Positions 26,943-42,168 of a DNA stretch of 64,000 nucleotides are shown piece by piece; positions within the stretch are counted from its first letter, which is position 1; each line of letters opens with the position of its first letter. The stretch covers positions 23,498,001-23,562,000 of the forward strand of contig OZ024761.1 in assembly GCA_964016885.1 (NCBI GenBank), given 5' to 3'. Origin of the DNA: Eledone cirrhosa. Lineage: Eukaryota. The notes under the pieces were generated by a model. It saw only the letters and a program-made list of their open reading frames with translations. It had not been told where the DNA came from and searched no databases. The translations under genes and the position numbers were made by a program.

Positions 26943-27340
26943 ACCCGACATAGTGGATTTGAAAAGTTTCCAATCGCTAAGGCTTTATTTTCTAACTTTC
27001 CTACTTTGTTTTCTACGTTCTCTTGTGTGTTCTACGATTCTTTACCTTTAAAGCTATATATTATATATATATATATATGAATTGGATTCGCAATGGTGAG
27101 GTTGTGAGTTCGATTCCTGGGCCAGGCGATCCGTTATGTCCTTCTACCTGGAGTTGCGACCGATAGATAGTATTAGCAATTGGAAAGACCAACGGAAACA
27201 TTGTTTCCTCGGTCCGATTTGACGAAAGTCGATCGTTCCTTTACGGAACAAAGACGTTACTTTGTTGCTGCCCAAGTTTTCAAACTCCAACCACCATAAG
27301 ACAGACTTTCTATATCTGCTAATTCTGTTATCTTCTGACT

Positions 27341-27471
27341 ATAATACAAGGACGATTTAGTTATGCCTTCATTACGTTTATCGATTGGTGACGTGTGTTT
27401 CGCTATTGATCAGCTCAAGGTTCGATCTATATCGATCTGGACCGACTCTGGCATCAAAAGCTCGTCGGAAC
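27341..27471 (-). mobile_element. Family D copy with extended-stem-II hammerhead (27387-27471)
   Basis: Minus strand reads CCGACGA gcttttgat...atcaatagc GAAA cacacg TC acc. Confidence 0.6.
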
Positions 27472-27510
27472 TCTGCTGAGTGTAACTTTCGAATTATAGA
27501 ATACAACCAG

Positions 27511-27608
<98 letters not shown>

Positions 27609-27713
27609 CTGTGTGTGTGTGTGTGTAGATTGAATCGAATTAGTGGTTCTTCGTCGTATGTTTCTACTACAGAAAATAGTCTAATAACGGCCATAACTGT
27701 ATATATATATATG

Positions 27714-27852
<139 letters not shown>

Positions 27853-27917
27853 GTATATATATGTATATATATATATATATGTATATATATGTATATGTAT
27901 ATATATATATATGTATG

Positions 27918-27970
<53 letters not shown>

Positions 27971-27979
27971 ATATATATG

Positions 27980-28016
<37 letters not shown>

Positions 28017-28138
28017 GTGTGTGTGTATATATATGTATATATATATTTATATATGTGTGTGTATATATATGTATATATGAATATATATATATATATATAT
28101 GTATTTATATATGTGTGTGTATATATATGTATATATGA

Positions 28139-28178
<40 letters not shown>

Positions 28179-28239
28179 GTGTGTGTGTATATATATGTAT
28201 ATATATATTTATATATGTGTGTGTATATATATGTATATA

Positions 28240-28286
<47 letters not shown>

Positions 28287-28931
28287 GTGTGTATATATAT
28301 ATATGTGGGTGTGTGTATATATATATATATATATGTGTGTGTGTATATATATATATGGATGTATTTAGTTCGTTAGTTTGTATATTCATTGGGAAGTTTG
28401 GGTGGTGAGGTATTTAACGATGATTTTGGAAGGGGCATGTGTGTGTTGGGTGTGCTAAATACGTAGAGTGAATGTGTGACGGAGGCGTCGTAGTTTAATG
28501 GTAGGTGGCATTGAACACACCATGTCGTGGTGCTGTTTGAGTGTGCGGTTCTGTGTATGATGTGTGTGTGTGCTTGTGCGTGTGTGGTTCTGTGTATGTG
28601 TGTGTGTGTGTGTGTGTGTTGGTGGGGTTGCGTGTGTGTATAAATCTGGCTTTATTCTATAATTGGAAAGTTTAATCACAATATCTACACGCTGGATCCA
28701 ATGAAGTTGAAATCAGTGTATTATATTGAAAATATGATGGGTGTGTGTATATAGAGAACAGAAACGTGTGTGTGTGTATAGATAGAGAGAGTGAGAATGT
28801 GGGGGGGGGGAGAATGTGTGTTCCTACATGAGAGGGAGAGAGACATAAAGGGAGGAGAAGAAATGCAGATAATTTAACTATATACCATGTAATATATAAT
28901 ATATATATATGTAATATATAATATATATATA

Positions 28932-28999
<68 letters not shown>

Positions 29000-29425
29000 T
29001 CTTATATTATACACATATATAAATGTTCTAAGATTAAGACGTCCAGCCATCCGTACAAAATTATATACACACACATACAAACATGTATACATACATACCT
29101 ACACACGTACATACATAGTCCTATATATACATATACATATAAATATATATATATACATATAAATATAAATATAAATAAATATACGTATAAATATAAATAT
29201 AGATACATATAAATATAAATAATATATATACATATAAATATAAATATATATATACATATAAATATATATATATACATATAAATATAAATATATATAAACA
29301 AATATATAAATATATATATTAGATTAAATTTGTTCTTTAAAATCAACCAAAGTCTAATGAAAAAAAGACTGAGAAAATCGATATAACAAGACAGAATGGA
29401 GAGGAAATAGCGTGTGGTATTGTAG

Positions 29426-29474
<49 letters not shown>

Positions 29475-29552
29475 CGTGTGTGTGTGTGTATCTTTGATTG
29501 CATGTGTGTGTATATATATATATATGTGTGTGTGTGTGTATCTTTGATTGCA

Positions 29553-29597
<45 letters not shown>

Positions 29598-29609
29598 ATC
29601 TTTGATTGC

Positions 29610-29679
<70 letters not shown>

Positions 29680-30034
29680 CTCTGTGTGTGTATATATATA
29701 TGTGAGTGTGAGTGTATATGTTTATATGTTTGTGTGTTTATGTAGGAATCTATCTCGATGCACACACACACACACACATACACACACACATATATATATA
29801 TGTATGTATATATATATAATATGTGTGTGTCTGCGTCTATATACACCCATGTATACTTCGTGCGTAGATGAATGTATATTTTAATTAATTGAACGAAATA
29901 AAAAGCCGGATGTAGCGACGCGTTAGACATAGGAAGAGAAGCTAACGAACTGAAAATGGAGGAGTTCTGTGTTTGTTTGTTGTGTGTGTATATATATATA
30001 TACATGCATATATATATGTATATATATATATATA

Positions 30035-30156
<122 letters not shown>

Positions 30157-30212
30157 TATATATATATATATATATATGCATATATATATATATGCATATA
30201 TATATATATATA

Positions 30213-30344
<132 letters not shown>

Positions 30345-30368
30345 TATATATATATATATATATATATA

Positions 30369-30410
<42 letters not shown>

Positions 30411-30434
30411 TATATATATATATATATATATATA

Positions 30435-30476
<42 letters not shown>

Positions 30477-30503
30477 TATATATATATATATATATATATA
30501 TGC

Positions 30504-30543
<40 letters not shown>

Positions 30544-30957
30544 GCATATATATATATATATGCATATATATATATGCATATATATATATGTATATGTATA
30601 TATATATATATTTATATATATGCATATATTCATATATATGTATATATGCATATATATGTATATATGTATATATATATATATGTATATATGCATATGTATA
30701 TATGCATATATATATATGTATATATGCATATATATATATATGTATATATGCATATATATATATATGTATATATGCATATATATATATATATGCGTATATA
30801 TATATATATATGCGTATATATGCATATATATATATGCGTATATATAAGTATATACACATATATACATACATATATATATACATATATATATATATATACA
30901 TATATATACATTTATATACATGCACACTCACACACACACACATATATATATATATAT

Positions 30958-31161
30958 CTAAGGAGGGTAAAATTCCCGAGATCCATGGACGAGTTCTCTC
31001 CAGCGTTCTCTGTCCCTCATATCGCTGCCATGTTGTGCGTCTCCAACTGACCAGTGTCTGTCCTTAGGGCATCAACATACGTTAACCTTGGTCTTCCCCT
31101 TCTAGTGTGTCCATGTAGGGGCTCCCAAAGGAGCACTGAGTGCAATGTCAACTCTGGATGT

Positions 31162-31165
<4 letters not shown>
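30958..31165 (-). mobile_element. RTE-clade LINE 3' end (5'-truncated)
   Basis: Minus strand encodes [37 protein letters not shown]; near-identical to 49348-49537. Confidence 0.85.
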
Positions 31166-31200
<35 letters not shown>

Positions 31201-31267
31201 CCACCGTAAAGTAACCTAGATGTAGATTTCTCAATAAAACGTTGATTAAAAATGTTGTATCGACAAA

Positions 31268-31320
31268 GTCAATACATAATAGTTTCATAGCCAAGTATTG
31301 TATTGGAACTCTTCAGACGA
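31268..31320 (-). ncRNA. Possible hammerhead motif (weak stem I)
   Basis: Minus strand reads CTGAAGA gttccaa..ttggctat GAAA ctattatg TA. Confidence 0.35.
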
Positions 31321-32613
31321 ATTTAGGCCAGTTCCATATTAGGGTCTTTAATTTCTGGTGAAATCGTGAGATGGTTGTACGATATCTTGATATACGGCGT
31401 ATCTAGACCATATTCCGGATGGTAAAACCCTAATCCTTGCCAGATTGGAACATACCCGATTTCTTCCCAAAAAGAAAACAAAATGAGAGAACGAGAGAAA
31501 AGTGATTAATTGATATAGAGGAAGAATTGTTCATAGTACTTGACTGGTTTACCTGTAGCACCCCTCCAAGGTCCTTGAGGGCCAAAGAAACTGTGAAGAG
31601 TTGTGGTTATGATGTGGGTAGGAGGCTTTATCAAGGTCAAATTTAATCCTGTAGTAAAAATAATTACCAACACCACCATCAGCACCATTCCATTACTACC
31701 ATAACAACTATCACCACCATGGTGATAGTAGTAGTAGTTGTAGTAGTAGTAGTAGTAGTAGTAGTAGGTGCCAAAGTGTTGGTTAGGAAAATGGCAACAA
31801 ACAAGAGAGACCTCCAGACTAACCTAACAAACTGTGGAATTCCCTGATAGGTTAAACTTCTACTAACTTAGGGGGAACTTTGCCAATAATTCTAATGTCA
31901 TTTCCTATTTCTTTAGGATGGCTCCATCTCTCTTTCTCCCTCTCTTTATCTCTCTTTCTCTCTCTATATATAAACGCACATCAACAGACACACACATATA
32001 TATATACATATATATTTGTTTATATGTATATACGTATGTTTATATATATATATATACGTATGTGGTTGGCGGCCGAGAGAAAAGTTTAAGTGTACTCAAT
32101 ACCGAAATAGATTTTAAGCACTTAATTTATTAAGGCTAATTAGTCTATCACTATTTAGTGTAATTATATATATATATATATGTGTGTGTGTATTTGTGTG
32201 TGCCTCTGTGTGTATTTACATGTAAATATATTCGACATTTCTTCATTGTGCTCTTTGTTATCGTTATTCTTTGTTGTGTAGCTACTCTCATTATATTACA
32301 GATTAGTTTAAAGTTTCTATCATTATTATTATTATTATTATTATTAAAATCACAGCAAGCCCCAGTCATGTGTGGTCGCTAATGAGGTCGCCTTGTGGGC
32401 GAAAGAAACCATTGAATTTGTGTAGCATCGACGTTGTCGTAGTCATCTCTGTTTAGCTCCAAACAGATCTATATTTATATATATACATATATATACATAC
32501 TCATATATATATATATATGTGTGTGTGTATATATATGTGTGTGTGTGTGTGTACAAATACATCTACCCCTAAATAACATCACCGAAAATAGCCGTCATTA
32601 ATCTATGATGTAT

Positions 32614-32803
32614 AAGGCAGGGGATTGGCAGTATCGGTAGAGGGTCGGACGCCATGCTTTGACGCATAGAGTTACGGCCCTTGCCATTCTGAGTTCAAAT
32701 CCCGCCAAAGTTAACTTTGCCTTTCATCCTTACGGGGTCGATAAAATAAAGTACCAGTAATACACTGGGTAATTGCTGGCCTTGTGCCAAAAGTAGAAAC
32801 AAT
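32614..32803 (+). mobile_element. tRNA-SINE (further fragments at 33024-33088 minus and 33118-33211 plus)
   Basis: A and B boxes plus 3' end gctggccttgtgccaaaagtagaaac. Confidence 0.88.
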
Positions 32804-33253
32804 GAATCCATGCTGTATTTCTTGGTACAAATGTATTGACGCAGTAAGAACAGAACATCCAATATGGACACCAAACAGTCCGACTTCATATACTGGGTTG
32901 TCAAGTATGAAGTTTGTAGAAATTTGTTTTTCTTCTAGACATTTCTACAAATTTCATACTTGACGACATAATACAAGACTACTTTAACATAATCAACATG
33001 GAAGCTTCTTGTAATTATAATAATTGTTTCGACTTTTGGCACAAGACCAGCAATTACCTCAGCGCATTACTGGTACATTATTTTATCGTAATAACATTTC
33101 TCTCTCTCTCTCTATATGAGGTTGACTTTGCCTTTCATCCTTACGGGGTCGATAAAATAAAGTACCAGTAATGAACTGGGTTATTGCTGGCCTTGTGCCT
33201 AAAGTAGAAACATATATATATTCACATTAATGCCTACACATATGTGTGTGTAT

Positions 33254-33592
<339 letters not shown>

Positions 33593-33631
33593 TGATCTTT
33601 CTTTTGTTTAGACTACGCCTTTATATATATG

Positions 33632-33742
<111 letters not shown>

Positions 33743-33871
33743 ACTGTGAATTTGTGTATTGAGGATGTACTTGAACAGAATTCCGATATGTCACATACAG
33801 ATTCTTCATATTAGTAGAGTTCGTATATACACACCTATAGATGTATATAGGTGTGTGTATACTCATATGAC

Positions 33872-33927
<56 letters not shown>

Positions 33928-34009
33928 TGCTCTGAAATACATCTTCATCAATGTCTCTAAACATACATATATATATATATATGCATGTATATATATATAT
34001 ATATGTATG

Positions 34010-34040
<31 letters not shown>

Positions 34041-34085
34041 ATATATATATATGTGTGTATATATATATGTGTGTATGTATGTATG

Positions 34086-34148
<63 letters not shown>

Positions 34149-34514
34149 TGTGTGTGTATATAGGTCGGCGCATAAATATATGCATAACTCCTCAGAAAAA
34201 CGTATATGATTGTGTCACCTTGTGTGTGTATATCTGTCTGTATGTGTGTGTATCAGCTCGTGTGTATGTGTATATATATGTATGTATGTCTCTGTGTTTA
34301 TGTGTGTGTGTGTGAGTGTGTCAGCTCGTGTGTGTGTGTGTATGTCTCTGTGTTTGTGTGTATGGGTATGTGTGTGCGTCTGTCTTTGTGTGTGTGTCAG
34401 TGTGTCTGTCTTTATGTGTGTGCCTGTATTTATGTGTGTGTCAGTGTGTGTGTGATGCCGGTTCTTTTAGAAAATTATCTCTCTCTTCACATTGCTCAGG
34501 TGTGAGTTAAAGAG

Positions 34515-34585
34515 ACGCCGACAATATGGCGTTCATAAGGAAACAAGATGGCGTCCCTTTACAATGCTTCGTTGCCGCCATTACT
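34515..34585. promoter_or_regulatory. Cluster of three YY1/Pho-like sites
   Basis: caatATGGCG, caagATGGCG and gcCGCCATt within 70 bp of unique CpG-rich DNA. Confidence 0.4.
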
Positions 34586-35050
34586 GAGTTTCCTTGCCGC
34601 AAGCGACTTCATTCATTGAGTGACAAAGGCCTCTCGACATTACACCACCGCTGCCACCATCACCCCAACCATCACCACCACAACCATCATCATCATCATC
34701 ATCACAGCTTCCACATCCATCGTCTTCTTTTTCTTTTTCTTCTTTTACTTCTTCTTCATGTTCTTCTTTTTCTTCTTCATTTTCTTCTTCTTCTTCTTCT
34801 TCTTCTTCTTCTTTACTTACATCATTAACCGTGTCTTCTCTATAGCACACTTGTTGATTATCAAAATTCTTCTCATCATCATCATCGTCGTCGTCAACAT
34901 CATGAGTTAACCAACGTTTTGAGTGTACGCTTGTGTGTGTGTGTATTTATATATATATGTGTATACGAAAAGTAAACGGAAACAGCAAAACAAACAACAC
35001 AAACTAATGTATTACTTCATTGTAATAACTATAGATATGATAGGAAAAAA

Positions 35051-35086
35051 TGTCTTTACGTTTCGGATATTAGACCTTCATCAGAC
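35051..35086 (-). ncRNA. Minimal hammerhead-like motif
   Basis: Minus strand reads CTGATGA aggtctaatatcc GAAA cg TA aagac. Confidence 0.4.
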
Positions 35087-35469
35087 GAGAGAATAAGAAG
35101 AACCAGTCCTAGAGAGTCGAATGCACTATATAAAGAATTAGTTTGCTCTTAACAGGAATAAGTTGTGCAGAAAAAACCTTAGCTAGGGTAAGACATTTTG
35201 AAAAAGACAAACGAAATATGACATAATGAAAATAGAACTCTGTCAAAACTACATTTTGCTAAACACAGGAATAGATTCTTCTTCAGATGCTCAGTGGGTG
35301 GTAAAACATGACTTTTTATGGTTGACTTCACTTCACTTGACATCTCAGAAGACTTTGCCCTATGGCTCAGATTTCTTAAACATCATTCCAGCAGATGTGT
35401 CCATATGTCATATTTGTAGTAAACGTTGTAAATTTCACGATGTTATCAAAATGGTATTTAAATATCCAC

Positions 35470-36195
35470 CAACCAAACCAAACCAGACCAGATCATACTA
35501 TATCATATATCATACCACACCAGACAATACCATACTAGACCAGACCAGATCATACTATATCATATATCATACCACACCAGACAATACCATACTAGACCAA
35601 ACCAGATCATAATATATCATAACAGACCAGACCATACCATATCATAACAGACCATATCATACCAGACCATACCATACCAGACAAAACCATACCAGATCAT
35701 ACCAGACCAAGCCATTCCATACCAGACCAAGCCATTCCATACCAGAGAAAACCATACCATATCATACCATATCATACATCATATCATAACAAACCATACA
35801 CTGCTATATCATACATCATATCATAACAAACCATACACTGCTATATCATACATCATATCATAACAGACCATACCCTACTATATCATATATCATATCATAC
35901 CAGACCATACCATACTATGTTATATATCATATCATACCAGAGCATACCATACTATGTTATATATCATATCATACCAGACCATACCATACTATGTTATATA
36001 TCATATCATACCAGATCATACCCTGCTATATCATATATCATATCATAACAGACCATACCCTGCTATATCATATATCATATCATACCAGACCATACCCTGC
36101 TATATCATATATCATATCATACCAGACCATACCATACTATGTTATATATCATATCATACCAGATCATACCATACCATACCATACCATACCAGACG
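35470..36195. repeat. Pentamer-based satellite (CATAC/CAGAC/CATAT) with ~37-bp higher-order units
   Basis: Visible periodicity. Confidence 0.9.
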
Positions 36196-36465
36196 AGAAT
36201 AGACTAGACAAGATAAACAATATTATGTCACATCAGTAGAGAAATATTTACATTGTTTGCCAATTAAAATTTGAAGCAATGCTCAGGGGGTGAAGAGAGA
36301 CACGTGTTTGTGTAAGAAGAAAGCATATCTAACGAAAAGTGGTCAAGCGTTTGATAGGATCAAACAGAGTCTATATATATAAATACATATGTCTGTGTGG
36401 ATGTGTGTGTGTGTGTGTATATCTACAAATATGGGGAGGCGTAATATATATGTGTCTGCGTGAGG

Positions 36466-36496
<31 letters not shown>

Positions 36497-36689
36497 CAAC
36501 CCACTATCCGAGAGCTTCCAACAGTAATGGTCGCATTCTTTAAGTGTATGTCAATATTTATTTATAAAACTGATCTATATTATATTTTATCTGATGAAAG
36601 CGCACCTTAATTTGACTTGGTGTCCTTGAAATATGTATAATGAAATAAATATGGTTTTATAAATATAGTTTCCATTTGTTAATATATCG

Positions 36690-36690
<1 letters not shown>
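36497..36690 (+). mobile_element. Family E copy, hammerhead at 36584-36646
   Basis: attttat CTGATGA aagcgcacc..ggtgtcctt GAAA tatgta TA atgaaat. Confidence 0.78.
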
Positions 36691-36740
<50 letters not shown>

Positions 36741-36742
<2 letters not shown>

Positions 36743-36879
36743 CGAAGGAAATGTGGTAAGGAACCAGGTGGACCATAACGCACCAAAGTACTCAATACTT
36801 AGTGTAGTAGAGTGGGTAATAGGAACCAGTAAGACCCCGACGGCTGAGCTGAAGCCGTTGTCGGGGTCTTACTGGTTCC

Positions 36880-36881
<2 letters not shown>
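36741..36881. mobile_element. Short family B element
   Basis: Tail plus hairpin ataggaaccagtaagaccccgacggc..gtcggggtcttactggttcctat, flanked by (TA)n. Confidence 0.8.
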
Positions 36882-36912
<31 letters not shown>

Positions 36913-37192
36913 AATATATATTAGCGAGAAGCGTATTTCGGCTATTGGAAATTAGCGAAAAACAACTTCCGAGATGTGTGGCAAGCGCTCCATAGAAGCT
37001 AGTGAACTAGAGCTACAACATAAGTTAAAAGGCCAAACACACTGAGACGATGGTTAAACCATTAACCGCACAGCCATAGAAACGACCAAGTAATTCTGGT
37101 CAAACAAATAAAATATGATTGAAAATTATACCCGGACCACTGGAAGGTTGGGAATATCCAGTATTGGGGTTCTACAACTCCTAAATCAAGTA

Positions 37193-37250
<58 letters not shown>

Positions 37251-37517
37251 AACGTAAAATAAGTAATTTACGTTTTAGTATATAAAATAAGAAAATTATA
37301 GTATTTTACGGTTTTCATATAATTGTTCTGCATCCCCTTGCATTGAACCACAAAGTTACTAATACAAAACCTATATATTTGCTTGCATAGGTATACATCT
37401 GTATATATATGTTGGTAGATATACTAATTCTTTATATATATATATATATATATATATGTGAAGTAATTACGTTGGAAAGGTCCAGGAAAAAAGAGTGTTA
37501 TATGTAGGTTACAGAGC

Positions 37518-37566
<49 letters not shown>

Positions 37567-37667
37567 GTGTGTACATATGTGTTTGCGTAGATATATATAT
37601 ATATATATGTGTGTGTGTGAGTGTGTATGTCTGTGTATGTGTGTATGCGTATACGTGTATATAAATT

Positions 37668-37700
<33 letters not shown>

Positions 37701-37755
37701 ATGTATATAAAATAATCATTATGCATTCATGTACGTGTACATATATATGTATACA

Positions 37756-37947
37756 ATGGTTTCTGATTTGGGCACAAGGCCAGCAATTACCCAGTACATT
37801 ACTGGTACTTTATTTTATCGACTCCCGTAAGGATGAAAAGCAAAGTTAACCTCGGAAGGATTTAAACTCAGAAGGTAAAGGGCCATAACACTGTGCCACA
37901 AAGCATGGCGTCTGACGCTCTACTGATTCTGCTAACCCTCCGCCCTG
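37756..37947 (-). mobile_element. tRNA-SINE
   Basis: Homologous to 19822-20039. Confidence 0.82.
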
Positions 37948-38302
37948 ATAATGTAGATTGATAGGACAGGGGAAGAGAGGCCTGTATAGTAACGATAGAT
38001 TGAGTAGACAGCATGCAGCAGACCACATGGTACGCAGTGTTGAGTGCAGCTAACAAATATCTGCACTTTCTATGTAATGCACGTGCACTTAGATGTGCAG
38101 CGAGATTAGTGTTTTCTTTGATGTTTATTTTTTGTGTATGTGTTTTTTTTTGTGGTTGTTGTTTCTTTTATTTTTATATTTTGTTGTAGTTTGTTCCTTT
38201 GATGTTACAGGAATAAAAACACTGCATTAACAGAAGACAACTGCATCACTTCGGATTTCTACATGTTTTAGTATATCATATATATATATTTATATATTTG
38301 TG

Positions 38303-38333
<31 letters not shown>

Positions 38334-38492
38334 ATAAATATATATATATGTGTGTATGTATATATACATGTGTATATATATATACATGTATATATATATA
38401 GATATATATTTGTGTATATATATGTATATATACATGTGTATATACATTTGTGTGTGTCTATATACATATATATATACACGTGTATATATATT

Positions 38493-38548
<56 letters not shown>

Positions 38549-38551
38549 AAT

Positions 38552-38607
<56 letters not shown>

Positions 38608-38675
38608 GCCTATAAATATATATATATATATATATGCCTATATATATATATATATATATATATATGCCTATATAT

Positions 38676-38710
<35 letters not shown>

Positions 38711-38739
38711 AATATATATATATATATGCCTATATATAT

Positions 38740-38792
<53 letters not shown>

Positions 38793-38839
38793 TATATATA
38801 TATGCCTATATATATATATATAATATAATATATATATAT

Positions 38840-38891
<52 letters not shown>

Positions 38892-38929
38892 GGACAGAAT
38901 TATGTGTATATACATATGGGGACGCCGGG

Positions 38930-38974
<45 letters not shown>

Positions 38975-39189
38975 GTGCCATTTCGGAGGTTAGTATACAT
39001 ACGAGTAATTGTCGTGTTTTGAGATAAAGTTCCATGTTATTGCTTTTTATCGGACGCCATGTTCGGCTTTGAAAAAATGTGTACATACGAATTTACCTCT
39101 TAATCCTAGCTTAACATTCAATGAATGCATATATATATGTGTGTGTATATATATATATATATGTATAGATATATATGTATATATGTATG

Positions 39190-39255
<66 letters not shown>

Positions 39256-39279
39256 TATATGTACATATATATATATACA

Positions 39280-39334
<55 letters not shown>

Positions 39335-39338
39335 GCAT

Positions 39339-39372
<34 letters not shown>

Positions 39373-39375
39373 AAT

Positions 39376-39417
<42 letters not shown>

Positions 39418-39421
39418 GCAT

Positions 39422-39455
<34 letters not shown>

Positions 39456-39458
39456 AAT

Positions 39459-39509
<51 letters not shown>

Positions 39510-39675
39510 TATATATATATATATACATATATATATGTTTTTGTATCATCAAACAATTATATGTATGTATATATGTATATATATATATATAGGTATATAC
39601 ATGCACAGATACATATATATCTATATATATATGTATACACACACAATACACACACACTCCCTCACTCCCCCCCCC

Positions 39676-39723
<48 letters not shown>

Positions 39724-40017
39724 AAGCGTAAACGAAATCTTTGACACCAAATGCCTGTAGTTATTGATTAATGCAAGATTAAGTATTTATTTACCACTTA
39801 GTTAGTACTTAACATGTTTTAATCGCATTATTTAACGTGGTCCATGGCTGTTGTTGGGAGTTGGTGGAGCGCCAGAGATTGCTGCCTCGGAATCCTATCT
39901 AAGAATGTTTTAATACATTATATGACGAAGATTTGTTACACTGATACTATCAACCGTACCGCATAGCTGACTGGTTGAAAGAGGATGCGAGAGTGTATAT
40001 ATGTCTATGTAATTTAT

Positions 40018-40074
<57 letters not shown>

Positions 40075-40078
<4 letters not shown>

Positions 40079-40137
40079 AACGAGTAGGACCCCGACGGCT
40101 GAGCTCAAGCCGTTTCGACGGCTAATTCTGGACTAAA
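40075..40137 (-). mobile_element. Family B solo tail-less arm
   Basis: taggaacgagtaggaccccgacggctgagctcaagccgtttcgacggctaattctggactaaa abuts (TA)n. Confidence 0.75.
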
Positions 40138-40176
40138 ATTTTTTTTCTATATATGTGTGTGTTTGTGTCTTTATAC

Positions 40177-40265
<89 letters not shown>

Positions 40266-40722
40266 TTTAGTCCTGCTAAAGACTTGCCTATGGCCAGCAA
40301 TGCTATGCATCGCAAAACGTCACATATCAAGCGATGCCTGTGCCTGAAGCTTTTTAAATGACGAATGGATTGACACGGGGTCAAACTCCCTCTCTGGAGC
40401 ATCTAATGGATTTGCCCCAAAAGAAGAATTGGTCTACATCATTGGATGCAAAAGAAATCGCATGTTTTATATCAGAGTGACCTTCTCCTCGACAGATGTC
40501 TTGACGAAGACTAGGAGTCTCTCGCTCCACAAAAAACTTTATTGGGTGGCCGGTGTCTCTCCTCAGTTCCTCCGCCGTTTGACGGGTTTAATTTTTTATC
40601 CCGCAAGGTGTCCAAAATCACCCTCCTTCCCAGGCAAGCTTGGTAGGGTTGCCGGTGTGGTCGCCAGCAACCCTACCATGCACAGGTTATACTAGGTTAC
40701 ATATTACCAATAGCGCAGACTA
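40266..40722 (-). mobile_element. RTE-derived non-autonomous element including 5' region
   Basis: Homologous to 1136-1362; GC-rich leader with hairpin tggtagggttgc/gcaaccctacca and RTE-like ggagaagg..actctgat motif. Confidence 0.65.
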
Positions 40723-40922
40723 CACACACACCCATACATACACACACATATATAAATTTATACACATATTCATATGTATTGACACACACCTACCCACACA
40801 TATATATTCATATATGTATGTATATATATATATATTTACATATATATATATATTTAGATACACACACACAAATATATATTTTTATAGGCAAAAATATATA
40901 TAAAAAGTAGTCCTTTTGTGTT

Positions 40923-40966
<44 letters not shown>

Positions 40967-41467
40967 AAACATAAACATACATACAGGAAATTAACAGATT
41001 TTAGCAATATCAATACACCCTACCTTCATATCCTTTTTGTACTTCTCAACTTTTTTTTATTCCTTTATCGAGTGGGAAAGTTTTTACTTGGGTTGCGGAA
41101 GGAGTGTTTGTGTTGTTTTTTCTTCTGTCCTCTTTTTACTTTTATTTGTCTTTTACAATTTTACAATTCTTAGTTTATTTATTTTTATGTTGCTACTTAT
41201 TAGTTTGCAGTGCTTGTTACTTTCTACGACGCCTCCCCAACTATATTATTCACTTTTCACTAAATCAATGAACAATCAGAAACGAGTGGGAGGACGGTGA
41301 TTGGGAGCGCTAAAAAAATGGGGAAGCAATATGATCGACAACAATATTTCTGGCTCAACTAACCTGGATAGTTTTAGAGCAATTCCCACTATGGCTGACT
41401 TATCAAATATAACAACATCAGCAACAATAACATTTCTTTGTTTTGGACTTGTGCAAACCACTGTTTG

Positions 41468-41492
<25 letters not shown>

Positions 41493-41500
<8 letters not shown>

Positions 41501-41693
41501 GTGAACAACACAATATATAACTACTCCATTACAAAAGGTTTCAGGACTCTGATGAGGGAGCTAGACGTATGTTAATATTGTCTAGGGTCCTGAAACCTTT
41601 GGTAATGGAGTAGTTATATATTGTGTTGTTCACTTTCTAATTAAATAGCGCTGTTCTATATATAGAGCACTCTTTTTCCTTTGCTTCTTCTTA
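41493..41693 (+). mobile_element. Inverted-repeat element with central hammerhead (41548-41608) and tail
   Basis: 54-bp arms; CTGATGA ggga.ctagac..gtctag.gtcct GAAA cctttgg TA atgg; tail contains tagagcactc. Relatives lie at 52760-52950 and 61630-61722. Confidence 0.8.
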
Positions 41694-41762
41694 ATATATA
41701 TATATAATCATATACATATATGAATGTGTATATATATGGGTGTCAGAGCGCGTGTGTCGTAA

Positions 41763-41834
<72 letters not shown>

Positions 41835-41840
41835 TTATTT

Positions 41841-42094
41841 ATAATATTAAATTCAAATATTAATAAAATAGATGTTCTTGTGATCAATTAAATTTTATTA
41901 TACATATTTCAGAGGTACGTGAATCAGGTTCAGCAGTACGTCCTCATCAGATAAAATAAAATGATACATGACATACCCTGAGATATTTGAATTTAATATT
42001 ATATTAATAACTCTGGAAAATATTTTCTTGTCGAGTGCTTCCAATCTACTGTAAAACTCATTCTTTGATGTACTCATTGAATCTTGTTTAATTC

Positions 42095-42100
<6 letters not shown>
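41841..42100. mobile_element. Family E copy, minus-strand hammerhead at 41892-41957, short inverted arm and tail
   Basis: Minus strand reads attttat CTGATGA ggacgtac..gtacctct GAAA tatgta TA ataaaat. Confidence 0.78.
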
Positions 42101-42168
<68 letters not shown>

